Below, one piece after another: positions 1-12,355 of a DNA stretch of 64,000 bases. Within the stretch, counting starts at the first letter, position 1. Each line of letters begins with the position of its first letter. Where the stretch lies: positions 2,232,001 to 2,296,000 of the forward strand of contig OX337233.1 of assembly GCA_946965045.2 (NCBI GenBank), read 5' to 3'. A model generated the notes under the pieces. That model was not told the DNA's origin, ran no database searches, and saw only the letters and a program-made list of their open reading frames with translations. Position numbers and translations under genes: made by a program. The stretch comes from Epithemia pelagica. Its lineage: Eukaryota; Protista; Bacillariophyta.

Positions 1-344
1 GGACTGGCAACAATGCGGACAACAAGCAACGAATCCGGAGTCCAGAGCCCACTGTGGATGAGGACAACAGAATTGACGGCGATCACACTGGCTCTTAAAA
101 GAGTCTCTTTCCTGCAATCGATACGAGAATAAGTTGCTGGAAGCACGGCAACGAGTCCGGATTCTACGTTTTTGTTCGGTCCGTGCTGAAAAGAATCAAG
201 GCGATTCTCGTACCCAAATAGCAACGACTGAATTCCACCCAAGCGAATACTAGAGCTCATCGACGCCGACGAACAGAGAGAGACAAAAAAGTGACAAACA
301 AAATTACTCGCCGTCGTGGAAAGAGAACTGTCACAACTGCAGCC

Positions 345-1655
345 ATGAGCAGTATTTTGGGTAGCATGAAAAAGACGGCTCGGACCGCCCGTCTGAAAAC
401 AGAGCTCATGTTGGTGGATCGGGAAATTCGAATTCGACAAGAAGCATTTGGCGTGCAATTGTTTGACTATCTGGAACCTTTGGCGCAAAATCCTAATTTC
501 TTTTCGGCTGATGATCGTTTGACACAAGTGCTTCGACCACCTTTGCTGGAAGCGCAACGGGAAATTGCAGTTGTTTACAACAAGAAAACTCAATTGAAGG
601 AACGAATGAAACAAGCGGAAGCAAAACGCGCTGCGGCCTTTCCCAAAAAGGCAGAAAATTGGCAAGAAAAATTAACAAATGTTGCCAAGTCTACCTCGTT
701 AGCAGGCGGAGAAGCCAAACTCAAGGCGGAAGATATGGTATTGGACAATACACTGAAATCGCATAAACAAGTGTTTGGAACGAAACTGTATCCTGTGTTA
801 GAAGACTTGGAAGATCGTGAGTCATGGTTGCCCACTGATCGAGAAGTTCGAACGATCTATGACAATTGTCGCAGAGATATTGAAAACTCACGCAAAAAGG
901 CCAAGGCCAAATACGATGAATTGGAGACTCTAGGAGTATCACGCAAGGAAATACAACAAGAGCGCGATGCCTTGAACAGTCAAGAACAACAGCAGGACGG
1001 AGGTTTGTACGGGGCTCCCTCCTCGACCAATATGACACCTGTACATGCACCGCCTGCCCCACCTGTACCTACCATGCCACGACAGGAGCCTCAACACGAC
1101 CCATTTGCAATGACGCCCACATCAGCTCTGCCTGTCGCTCAGCCCGTCAACAATCCTGGCTTTCCGTCGGCTGAAACCCCGGTTTTGGCATACGCAACCA
1201 CAACACCCGTGCCACCACCTCCGCCTCCACCACCACCCCAACATGAGCTTCAACATCAACAACCGACACTTGACTTTGGAAATGCCGGTGTAGGCCCCAT
1301 TGGTGGAACTCCTATGGGTGGAGCAGGAGCTTCCATGGGAGGAATGTCGTTTGGTAGTAACCCTGGAAATAGTGGCACTGGAATGATGGGTGGATCCATT
1401 GGTGCTATGGGAGGATCAGCTTTTGGTGGTGAAGACGACAATGGTTTCATGATGGGTGGTTCGGCTGGTATGGGAACTTTGGGCCACAACTCCAATTTCG
1501 GAGGACAACAGCCACAAGGCGCGGATCCATGGGCTGGAAACGATCCGTTTGCATCATTTGCGTCTGCACCTGCTCCTGGTGGAGGGCCCCAACCTCCTCA
1601 GCAGCATCAGCAACAACAACAACAGCACAAGGACAGCAACTTGTTTCTGTATTGA
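345..1655 (+). CDS. Hypothetical coiled-coil protein with a twice-repeated N-terminal domain and a Pro/Gly/Met-rich tail
   Basis: Long single ORF, first ATG at 345. Two similar helical segments (ARLKTELMLVDREIRIRQEAFGVQLFDYL and AKLKAEDMVLDNTLKSHKQVFGTKLYPVL). Low-complexity C-terminus with DPF/DPW motifs. Confidence 0.8.
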   Translation: MSSILGSMKKTARTARLKTELMLVDREIRIRQEAFGVQLFDYLEPLAQNPNFFSADDRLTQVLRPPLLEAQREIAVVYNKKTQLKERMKQAEAKRAAAFPKKAENWQEKLTNVAKSTSLAGGEAKLKAEDMVLDNTLKSHKQVFGTKLYPVLEDLEDRESWLPTDREVRTIYDNCRRDIENSRKKAKAKYDELETLGVSRKEIQQERDALNSQEQQQDGGLYGAPSSTNMTPVHAPPAPPVPTMPRQEPQHDPFAMTPTSALPVAQPVNNPGFPSAETPVLAYATTTPVPPPPPPPPPQHELQHQQPTLDFGNAGVGPIGGTPMGGAGASMGGMSFGSNPGNSGTGMMGGSIGAMGGSAFGGEDDNGFMMGGSAGMGTLGHNSNFGGQQPQGADPWAGNDPFASFASAPAPGGGPQPPQQHQQQQQQHKDSNLFLY

Positions 1656-1978
1656 TCTATCCAAAGAGGACAACGAGAAGGCGGTTCCACATATGCGTGC
1701 TTTTGACCTTCCTATCAAAAGCATGTTCGGTTGTTTGCTCTGAGGCAACCGCCCCACAGTAGCCATCGCAAGTCGCAACCTCTCGGAAGAATTCTAGCTA
1801 GGGCATACACCCTGTAGAATTCGCCGTTTTGTCTACAAACGCGCCATGCTTATACCGTAGAAAAACTGATTCCGTCCAAATTTTCCTGAAGCGCAACAGT
1901 CATTGTGATTAAGAGAACAAGGGTGTCTATAGTGTACCTGTGGTTATTGGCGTATGTCTGGCAAATTGAGTGGTAGTG

Positions 1979-3020
1979 CTACAAGCCGGCCAATTCGGCT
2001 TCCAGGGCTTTGTAATCTTCGTCTTCTTTCTTGCTCAGTGTAGGCAATTTCGAATCGGGAACTGTCGGCAAATCCAATGCTTCCGTCGCAGTTTTGGTGG
2101 GAGGTGCCAACAATTCCGCCTCGAGATCGTTTGTCTCCAATTGCTCCAATTCTTGCAACAACTCGTCGTCATCTGTCAATAGAGGATCCACTGGTTGTGC
2201 AATCGCCGTGTTGATTTCCGATGCCATTTCCATTTCTTCTTTGATCGAATCCATAATGTCGTCCACTTCCTCCAAACCAACTTCCGTTCGTATCTTCTTC
2301 ATTGTCTTACTACCTGCCTGCATCGCCTTGAAGGTTTCAGCATTCTGGGCAGCCGATTCCAAGTTGATAACTTGCGTCTCTAAAGTCATTTTCACATTTT
2401 CAATTTTGTCAATTTCGGCCTCGAACAACTTCTTGCGTTTCATGGCAAACAAGGCACCTGCAAGACCAAGCATCAATAAACGAGAGCAGAAAAGAGAACA
2501 CGTAGAAAGTATGAAAGACGCGTTAATGATATGTCGTCAAGAACAGGAATGGGAATTTTCGTGACAAAGTTGACGACCAACCTTTCTTGTCATTCTTGGC
2601 CATTTTTTCCTTGGCCTCTTTGACCATTTGATCAATTTTACGTTGAATGTGTTCTTGTCTGCATCGTATACAAGCGCCAAAATTGGGCAAAAGATACCAT
2701 ATTGTTGTGAGTTCCGTGTTTTGACAACAAATGGCCACCCTAACATCCCATTTGTTCCTTCCAACGGCGACTGGGAATGGGATTGAATCGTCCAATGCCA
2801 CGATATAAAGAATCTTTGGAGACACAATCAACGAGTGATGCCCCTCTTCTTTCTCTAAAATCGTCTATTCCATCAGAGTGGCTTACCTTTTCTCTTGATT
2901 GACAATTTGTTCTCGCAATTGAACGATAGTTGATTGTGGATCTGCTGGCTTGGTAGCAGAAGTTGCCGAGACAGTGCTTGGCGTTGGAGCCTCCTTTTTC
3001 TTGGTCCCAAACCAATTCAT
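1979..3020 (-). CDS. SNF7: ESCRT-III subunit Snf7/Vps32 (CHMP4-like), 3 exons
   Basis: Exons 3020-2887, 2658-2582 and 2457-1979 with GT-AG introns give an in-frame 229 aa protein (MNWFGTKKK...GALFAMKRKKLFEAEIDKIENVKMTLETQVINLESA...DDDELLQELEQL) with typical Snf7 motifs. Confidence 0.93.
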
Positions 3021-3437
3021 TATTCTTTGTCTTTATTGTTTCGTTCTGGGACTGGTGCGCAATCGAATTTGGCCGAGCCTCGTCTTTTCTCTCGGATTGA
3101 GGATGCCACTAAAGCAACAAACAGCAATTTGTTGACAGAAAAGTCGTCGCTCGCGCCTTTTGTTAGGAGTTTGGAACGCCTCTTGGGTCGTGAAAGAGCG
3201 CGACAACAACGTGACCAATCGCTCTATTTCGATGCGCGCCATTCGTTCCAACGAAATCGCAGCAGATACGGGGAGTTCGATAAGCGTCACTACCGAGCGT
3301 TTTATATCGTCCGGTATGTAATTGCTCTAAAAGGCATGACGAAGTTCTTTTTGTGAAAGAAGTGTAATAGTATTACTCTCAAGCGTCTCATGATTGGTAT
3401 AATAATAGAAACGGGACTCAATAGTTCTACCCGATTG

Positions 3438-4061
3438 ATGCCACATCTTGCAGCCACAATGCTCCAACTTTTATGGCACCGTGCCGTTTCGTCCCTGACA
3501 ACCTTCCCAACCGTTCATGGATGGTACCGAGTGGCTGGGATTACCTTGACAACGACCGCTTCTGCGGGTGTGGTGGCGACCGCCACTCAATTTGTCCGTC
3601 CTTTGCAAGAGTTCCAACCACCCCGTCGACCTGGTGATTATTGGAAACCATGCAGTGCCTTGATCGTTCCATCCTTGCTAGAAGAAGTTTTCTGGAGAGG
3701 CACCTTGTTACCACAACCACCGATTCCATTGCATATGTGGTGGACGCCGTGGTTCGTATTGTTGGTCCATGTTCTGAGTCATCCTGTGGCCGCTCATGTC
3801 TGGTGGCCGAGAGGGAAGCAAGTCTTTGGGGATTGGCGCTTTTTACTATTGGCAACAATCGTTCTGGGAGGTTCTACAGCCTCGTTCCTCATTACGGGAG
3901 GAAGTGCTTGGGCGGCGGCCGTGACCCATGCGGTTCCTGTGGCCCTTTGGCGAGACTTTTTCAAGGGGGAAGAACGTTTGGCCATTCTCTTGCTCAACCA
4001 ACCTAATAGCAACCCAAGTAATCCGCAACAATCAAAACTCTTGGATAACAATGCAGATTAA
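3438..4061 (+). CDS. CPBP/Abi (CAAX-type) intramembrane glutamic protease family protein
   Basis: Motif LEEVFWRG (EExxxR), conserved His in LSHP and VTHA, several hydrophobic segments. Start codon uncertain (ORF open from 3390). Confidence 0.8.
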   Translation: MPHLAATMLQLLWHRAVSSLTTFPTVHGWYRVAGITLTTTASAGVVATATQFVRPLQEFQPPRRPGDYWKPCSALIVPSLLEEVFWRGTLLPQPPIPLHMWWTPWFVLLVHVLSHPVAAHVWWPRGKQVFGDWRFLLLATIVLGGSTASFLITGGSAWAAAVTHAVPVALWRDFFKGEERLAILLLNQPNSNPSNPQQSKLLDNNAD

Positions 4062-4551
4062 GATGTGGCTTCAAGAAGTTCCCCCTCGCGGAGTTGACCT
4101 TGAGGAAGTATGCGAGTTTGGTTTTCGTTTTCACCGTTGTGCGTTGGTGATTTTCAGGTCTTGCTGCCTTGTGCATGCATTGAACGTCAATACTTCAATC
4201 CACAGCTTGAAAGGAATGCTTTTCCCTCTTTTAGAGAAGAGGAAGTAAACGGTTGACCCAACGACATGCGGAGCACGACAACAATAGACTAGGAGTACCT
4301 TAGAAACTACCACTCTCCTTTTTTTAGGCCTTCAGGTTGGTTTGGTCGCTTCTGGTCGCTCTTCGTCCCTCTTTCGTGATTTTGCTCATTTTTTCAACGG
4401 CCAAGAAAGAAACGAATGGAAGGAGAGGATCCTTATCAACTATCACCAAGGTACAAAGTCTCGTTCTTGCAACTGAGTTGATCGAGTCAACTGGCATCGC
4501 AGAGCTTTCGCCGTCGACTTGGATAGCAACACTGAATTCAAGGCAGTGGGC

Positions 4552-7500
4552 ATGTCTCGGGAGCAATCAATGACAAACAATGGAAGTGCTGGAAATGGTC
4601 CATCTTCAAATTCGACAAGAAGTAGCGGTGGTGACAATGGTGGAAACAGTGTGACGGAACTGCAGGCCGAGGTGGCATCATTAGGGCGAGTGTCCCATCG
4701 GTTGGCCATGATTGACAACGTTCCACAATTTGAGTCCGTTGTCGGCAAGTTGTTACCCAAACTTCTGGTTCGTATGGGCCGCAACCATGAACAGCAGCAA
4801 CAACAACATATACAGCAACCGGAACAGGTGCTACGACAAAGAATCCAAGCAAAGTTAATGGAAATCTTTAGTCACATTCTCAAACGGACTAAGGAATCCA
4901 CAACAACATCTTCCTCTGTAGACAAAAAACAGGAAAACGAAGATCCTGCATCGTTGAGAGAACCATTACCCTGTAAAGCCATTTTGGACTTGTTGGTACA
5001 AACGGACCAACCAGAGCATGGTACTCCTGTTGTTACGAATCGTTTGCAAATTCAACCTGACTTGGATGCCTTGACCAAAAATTTGAGTCTGACCTTTCTC
5101 ACCGTTGGTGTACCCAGGTGTCCTGATCCGGCACCTCTTATTCCTCCCTTGTTGGTCTGTTTGCACCATGAACGAGAGCAACAGTTTCTCAAACTACGGC
5201 AGCAACAGCGACAACAACAATCTGTGGCTTCCAGTACCAACGCATCCACAACCGCGGCAACAGGAACTGCTGCCACGACATTGTCCACATTGATACTTCA
5301 TTGCCTCGTGGCGCTTGGCAAAACAGGGGGTTCCGTGTCCAAGACTTTGGGTGCCAGTTCATCAACACCGACAGCATTTGAAAAACTGGAATCGATTCGA
5401 TACTTTTTACAGCAACATGACAATTGCGCGGCTGTTTTGTACGAACTCATCCTGGATGGCCTATTGTGGACTCCTGCGTCAACTAGCATGAGCAGTCTAC
5501 CACCACCAGGCATTTCTCAGCACGGTCAAGAACGCTTGCAACAGGCAATCGGGGCTACCCCATCTACGCCGCTGTTGGTACCAGACACGAAAGTAGCTCT
5601 CGTGGAGTTGATTGCACCAGCTCGCAAAGCGCTCTTGTTGAGCCATAAAGGAGAATCTCCCTCCACAAGCGATTCCAGTTCCAAAAATCTGGCTCGAACA
5701 TTGACCCTGCTTGCCGTGGCCAAGGGAGTTTCGGCGACCATGGAAAGAGCTCAAACGTACTGGCAAATGTACATGCAAAGTAGCGATCATCACAGTAAAA
5801 AGAACCAAACTCATGGATCGTCCGAAAGCGCTGGCTCATCTACGTCGTCCTTACAGCAACAACAACAGGAAGCCAACAAACGACCTGTTTCAGGAGCTGA
5901 CAAGCCGAGAGGCCCATCATTGACCTCAGCTGTCAATGACGTTGTATTCGAATTACTCTCTCTGTCCTTGGGGCAAGGACAAGCCGAGGATATCGTTCAT
6001 CAGGTGGGAATCGATCCTGACAACAACAATGGCGAAAAAATGACAACTTCATCAGCTGGCGCGAGCTCATGCGCGTTGCCCTTGCATTGTGAGTTTGGTC
6101 ACTCCTACCAGCAACAACAAGAGGAGGATGGTCCCTCTGTCTGGGCGAGCAAACGCCGGGCAGTTGCATTGACACCAACAGCAACGGCAGTATGGACAAG
6201 CCTGGCGTCCAATTTACTTCCTCTAGTCTCTCCAATGATTTCAAGGAAAGCCTCCAACTTTTTCGTTTCGTTTCAAATCTCTCACATGGTACTCTTTTTG
6301 GCGCAAAAGTATTTGACAGCTTCGTCGACACATGGCCTTAGCAGTGCCATGTCTGCCATTCAGGCCAGGCCATTCCTAGCCTTGGTCGAGATGCTTGAGG
6401 CTGTGACACTTCAGCTGACCAAGGTGAAACAAGTCATTCACCAAAGTGAGAAAAAAACGCTTGGCAAGATCGAGGACCTGGAAGCAAAAATTCTGGAAAC
6501 TGTCAGTGAAATGCTGAGGGTTCAAGTTGCGACTACTTCGCCTGGCTCCATATCAACGTCATCGAACAGTAGTATGATTATGAATAGTGAAGGCAGTTGG
6601 GCTGTACGCGAAAAATGCTACTCGATCGTCTGTCATTTATTTCGATCCAGTACCGAGACACAGAGTAGAAAGAACAACGGAGACGATCCTTGCATCAAGA
6701 ATGTAGTGTCCATTGACACTGTCAATCTACTGTTTGCCTGCGCCGCTAGAGAACATGAAAGATTACGGCCACGGGCCGTGGCAGCGTTGGATACACTTCT
6801 GGAGGCATTTACACGAGTCTACAGGACAGAGGAAAAGACAGAATCCGGAGATCCCATTAGCATTGAAATGGAAAATCCGTGGGCTGCCGCGTCCACAACT
6901 CCATTGGTGGTCGAGAACATTGAGGGTATGGTTGATACGGAGCAGAAAGATCGACAGACAGTGGCAAAATCGTTGGTGCCACTGTTGTGGAATGCAGCGC
7001 AATCGCACCAACCAAAATCATCACGTGTAGCTGCCGCCCGTTGGGCTACAGAAATTTTGAAAAAGAATGAATTGGATCTTGTTGCTGGATGCCATCTCTT
7101 GTGCTTCTTGGCTGGTGATTCTGATGTCACGGCCATGGCAGTCGCAAAACAAGGGCTGTTTGATAGTGGCAGCGAGGAAGGGAGTGACAAGTGGCAGGGT
7201 TGGCAAGATAATGCGGAGGACGAGATTGGTGAGGCCGACTTAGGATCCTGGAACTCAATCCAGAACACAAAAGCATCGCCAGGTTCTTTTCCCGAGTTTT
7301 CAACGTTTGTTGAGACAGTGTTTTGTTCCCCACGAGAAGGAAGGGACACTAGATTTCAGAGGTACTCTGAATTTTCGGTGTTGGGCAAAGCTGCTTCTCT
7401 CCGGTATGCCCTTCGATGTCTCCTTATGGACATGTATGGAGGCGATGATGATGCGGTTTCTCAGTATCTGCAAACAATGTTGATCACTCTCGATATGTTC

Positions 7501-10500
7501 GCCAGCGACGCTGTCACGGGACAAAATCGCAGTTCCCTTGAATTGCTGGATCAATGCTGTGTTTGCTTATTAGCAACATTGAAAAACTCGAGCTTTGCTC
7601 GTCGCGAATTCTCACATGGAACTCCGATGGATGGGAAACTCACCTACAGTTTGACTCTTTCGCAAGTGGAAGAAATGGTAACAGCTGTTCGGTCCTCCAA
7701 AGCTCGTAGGTATTTAGCGAGCATCATTGGGGTAATATACGAAGACAGTGAATTTGTGAAAAACGCCACAACGTTCTCCACGTGGATGTCACTGAGTGGC
7801 GCAGAAAGGTCTTTGTCCCTCTGTGTCAACCAAATGGATCAGATTGAAAAGAGCCATGTCCAATTGAGCAAGCTTCACGGTGTGATATACATGAGTGGAC
7901 ACGTTCTGCGAGCAATCAGATACCGTCTTCTCCAGATTTCCAGCCAGGATGTTGATCACACAAGAAGGGACTGCACAAGGCTGTTACAACTACTTGGACA
8001 GGGCGTCGTACACAAGGAAGAGGTTTTGAGTCGTGCTTCCGTTGATGCAATTGGAATTGCACTCTCGTTTGATACTCTGGATGCTCCCCCTTTCGACCAA
8101 ACCCTCAACGACGGTTTATGCGCCGTGCTAATGAGCATCTCTATCGCTATCCGGAAGTTTTGCGACGGTGAATCAGTGGATGCTCATCGGGCCATAGAAC
8201 TTGTTCGTGTTGGTGGAATTGCACTGGGTGCGACGTCAAATGTAACCGATGAAGTCCACGGGGACTTCCACAAGTCTAGACAAGTATGCCTTGAGGCAAT
8301 CTTTTCGTCCATTGGTTCGTCAGCGGTATGCAAAGAGGAAGAAATCGCACTCGTTGCTGGTGAGGCTTTAGGCCGTTACGTAGACTCATGCGTTTTCCAA
8401 TGTAGTGATCTGAGCTGGCCTAATGAATATGAGGAGCAGTTTGCCTTGAAACTCCCACCCCAGGAACGAGTGTTTTATCTCCTCTTAACTCACACTCTCC
8501 AAGCGTCGAGTCCTCATAAAAGAACTGCGACGGCTCCTACTCTGCTGGTGAGTAATTGTTTGATCTGTCTTTCTGGAGTCATGTTTGAGTGTTCCTGAAC
8601 ACTCACAATCTGCATTCGACAGGGTCTTGTTGGACGAGCTGCAAGGCTGGTAAGTGAAGAAACTTCTAAAATATGTTCCCTCCTTGGAATTATCTAACCG
8701 TTCCAATTTCAGGTGCATCTACAAGAACGAAACGGCGGTCGATCCTTCGTCGTGACAGTACGGTCACTTCTACCCAAAATCCAAAGCGCTTTCGTTTCCC
8801 TGTTAGCTGATCCAAAGATCAAGCACTTTTCACGAGAAAGCTGCTGCCTAGGTCTTGCCGCGAGCCGAGGTCTAGCGGTATTCAACGCACACATGGATGG
8901 AGCCCCGAACAGGGACAATTCCGTGGACAGCATGAACGAACGACTTCTCCGTGCTTTTGGTCAGACTGCAAACTACGGTGGGAGTGCATATCAAGAGACC
9001 AACCAACAGGCCGCAGAACGTCGAGCTGAACAGAGGGCATCCCAAAGTGCAAATAATATTTTGGAGCCCTTTGGGATGGAGAGCGAAGTTGGAGGAGCCG
9101 CCGGAATGGGCGAAGCTGCCCTAGGTGCTTATCGTGAAATGGCCGCGGCAAGTTTGGCGTTGGGCAGACCAGATATTCTCTACGCACTGCTAATTTTGTC
9201 CATATCACACAGTTCATGGTTTGTTGGAAGCAACAGAGAGAAATATAGTGCTGCATCTCTTCTGGGTGAAAACAGCATCATTGGAAGCCGCACAAACACA
9301 ATTGAACTAAGAAAGGCACTACGACCTCATCTCGGAAAGCTCCTTCCAAGGATTCTTCGCGCATGCAACGACCCAAATAAGCAAACAAGGGAGCAGATGA
9401 GCGTTTTGTGGTTAGGCTTGACAGGAGGCGGCGCAGAGGCAAGGGATGCCATATCCTCTCATTTTGTAAGCACAGTTGATGTTCTTATAAAAGATGCGTC
9501 CAACAAATTGTGGAGGGCACGGGCAGGTGCATGTGGCGCGCTTGGTGAAGTGATTGTTGGTCGGGATTGGAGCACATTTGGTGGCGGTCCACCAATTCTA
9601 TCCGACGATGACATACATGATGACCGTCTGACAAAGTACGCTGGAGTCAGACTTCTTCGACTCTGGAGGGTGGTTGTCCGAGCAATTGATGATGTCCGTG
9701 ATGCCGTAAGGAGTAACGGGGAGCGTCTTGGACGCTCTCTTCGAAGCTTGACTATACGACTTTGCGACCCGAGTATTTTGGATAAGACAGATGGGGCTCT
9801 TACTGTTACTGAGGAACAAAAGGTGACTTGGGCTCGTGATGCTAGTGCTGCATGTGCTACATCAATTCGGTGGCTTGTCAAACATGGTCTCAACCAGAAA
9901 GTTTCGGAAACTCAAGGCCTTTGTATTTCTACTTTGGTCGAACTCATTGCAATCGCGAAACCGGCTATTGTCGAGCCAAGTTTACCGGAACTTCTTCGGT
10001 CCTTGCTCATGTCGATGTCGAGTCTAGAACCTGCTGCCCTTAACTACCTTCAGCTTCGCACTGACAACCAAGAGGGTCTTGAAAGGGCACGCTTGCAACT
10101 TGCCCAAACAGGACCGCTAGCGAAAGCCGTCACAAAGTGTGTAGATCTTCTTCCACATGCCAAGCTATCCATTCAACATGAAGTCGTGTCTGAACTTGAG
10201 ACAACCCTTCGCCTTTCTGTTGGGTTTGCAACTCGTGCAGCGGTTGCTGACACGGCTTCAATGATGTGCACAAGCTGTCCAGGAGCTTTTTCGTTTCGGG
10301 GCTCAGGTAGTGCCGTTCCAAGTGTACGACTAATGCGAGCATTCTATTTCGCCGCTGAAAGGGAGCGAGGCCAAGGTGCCAAAGATAAAATGGTTCATGC
10401 TCTGGGAAGTCTTGCTGCTCTCTGCCCTGGAGCGAGCGTTCGTTCACTAGCCGTCAGGGCATGCAAACGATACAAATCAAGTACTGGAAACAATGATGAT

Positions 10501-12219
10501 CCAAGCTCCCGGCAAGCAGCCGCTGCTGCTCTACGTGCAATCGCTGTACGTGCTTCGAATCAAATGATCGACGGAGGTGCTCACGATATTTGGTCACAGT
10601 TTGTTCTCCCGGTTGCGTTCCTTGGTCAGAAAGATTCGGACAAGAAAACCGCGTCTCTGATGAAAGAAGTTTGGGATGAAGGTGGTTCCAGTGTAGAGCC
10701 TCCTGTTAGGTATGGAAGCTCTCGCGAAGAGCAATTCCTTCCTGGTCTTGTGAAGGAATGCATCGGAGCTCTCCAGGATGTTTCATGGGCAAGGAGAATT
10801 GCTGGATCAAAAGCACTAAGAGAATTGTGCGATCTAGGAGTACTTGGCCCAATGGGACACACCCTGAGTGCAGGACGAACAGTATCAAAGCATGACCTGG
10901 AACGCTCTAGACGTCGGACAGAAGCCTGCTACGACTCTATTCGTGAATGCATGAAGGTTATGCTCAAGCCCAGACTCTGGACTGGAAAACACAACGTTGT
11001 AGTTACACTTTCGAAACTAGCTTCCAAATGGACAACGGAATTCGCCGAGGAGAATGATGACCTTTTGGCGAAATGGGATGGCGACCGCGATGTTTGGCCT
11101 TTGTCCATGTCACTTGTTGATGGAGACAGCTTGTTCCGCCACGATGACTATTTTAAGCTCGAGCGTATGGAGACGGAACTAGACGTGGATGCTCTCAACG
11201 AAGAAGACCATCCCGAGTCAAAAGATGATAATATGATACATGCGGATGAAAACGACGATCAGTCGAAACTACAGGAGGAGTCGGACGGTGCAAAAGTTGA
11301 CTTTACAGATATGGATAATATGATACTTGCGGACGATAAGTCGAAACTACAGGAGGAGTCGGACGGTGCAAAAGTTGACTTTACAGAGATGAACGACGAA
11401 GATGATCCAGTTGAAGAGGATGACCCTGAAAATAAAGTGGAGAAAAACCCTCCACAATCACAAGAAATCCTCTCTTTTGTTGGACTTTGTCGTATTTTTG
11501 TCAAGGAAGCGCTCCCTGACAATAAGGTTCCGGGACACGACCTTTTACAGGAGTATCTGCCATACCGGACGGCTTGTTTAGAAGCATTTCGTGATCTCTT
11601 GCGGAGTATACCATCGTCCAATGTTGGCCTGAAGTCCTTGCTTTACAGCAAAGAAGGAAAGCGATTAGTATTATGCATCAAGGGCAATGATTCAAGGAGT
11701 GAATTGCCTGTCATTGTGGCCAATGCAATCGACTGCGTCGGGCAATGCTTCTGGGATGGCTTCGGGTCGACAAATGCAATGGATGATGACAGTATTGATT
11801 TCATCAGTCCTCCGGATCTGTGTGAGCTTCTCCGTGATGTGAGTGGAAAGCAACAACCAGCTTGGACAGTTCGTCGATCTGGAGCTCTGGGGCTTGCGGC
11901 TCTTGTGGCTGTGTGCGACCCGTCCTTGTTAAGAACCAACTACAACTCCAAAGTCGTTGATCTGTGCATCGAGTGCGCATCCTATGCTTGTCAAGATCGC
12001 AAGTTCTGGCGAGTACGAGAGGCCGGGTTACGGTTATTGGGATCTCTGATCCGTCGCGCAGGTCCATCTCTGGCTCAACGAGAAAGCCTTTTGCTTGATA
12101 CCCTCCTGCCGTACAAGGAGGATATGTTGAAACTGCTTCGATCCTCATTGACGGATTCAGAACCAACAGTGACGGCGTTGAGCAGCGAACTGTTGGCGCT
12201 TCTAGCTTGGTGGCATTAG
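4552..12219 (+). CDS. ECM29: Proteasome adaptor and scaffold protein Ecm29 (HEAT repeats), 3 exons
   Basis: Exons 4552-8547, 8623-8649 and 8713-12219 join in frame through GT-AG introns. Ecm29-like segments: LAMIDNVPQFESVVGKLLPKLL, LLPRILRACNDPNKQTREQMSVLW, LWRARAGACGAL, LQDVSW. Confidence 0.88.
11227..11390 (+). repeat. In-frame tandem duplication (about 78-87 bp unit) inside ECM29
   Basis: AGTCGAAACTACAGGAGGAGTCGGACGGTGCAAAAGTTGACTTTACAGA at 11261 and 11339. Protein shows SKLQEESDGAKVDFT twice. Confidence 0.9.
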
Positions 12220-12355
12220 TGCTCTGTAGCAGTGATTATAGGTAACCTATATCAAACACTTTTCCTAAGATGATGTAAAAAAGTTGGTCTCAACTTAGAA
12301 GAGGAATGTGTACAATTCCACGTGACTCCTCGAACGCAAGCAAAAGAGCGCCCTT

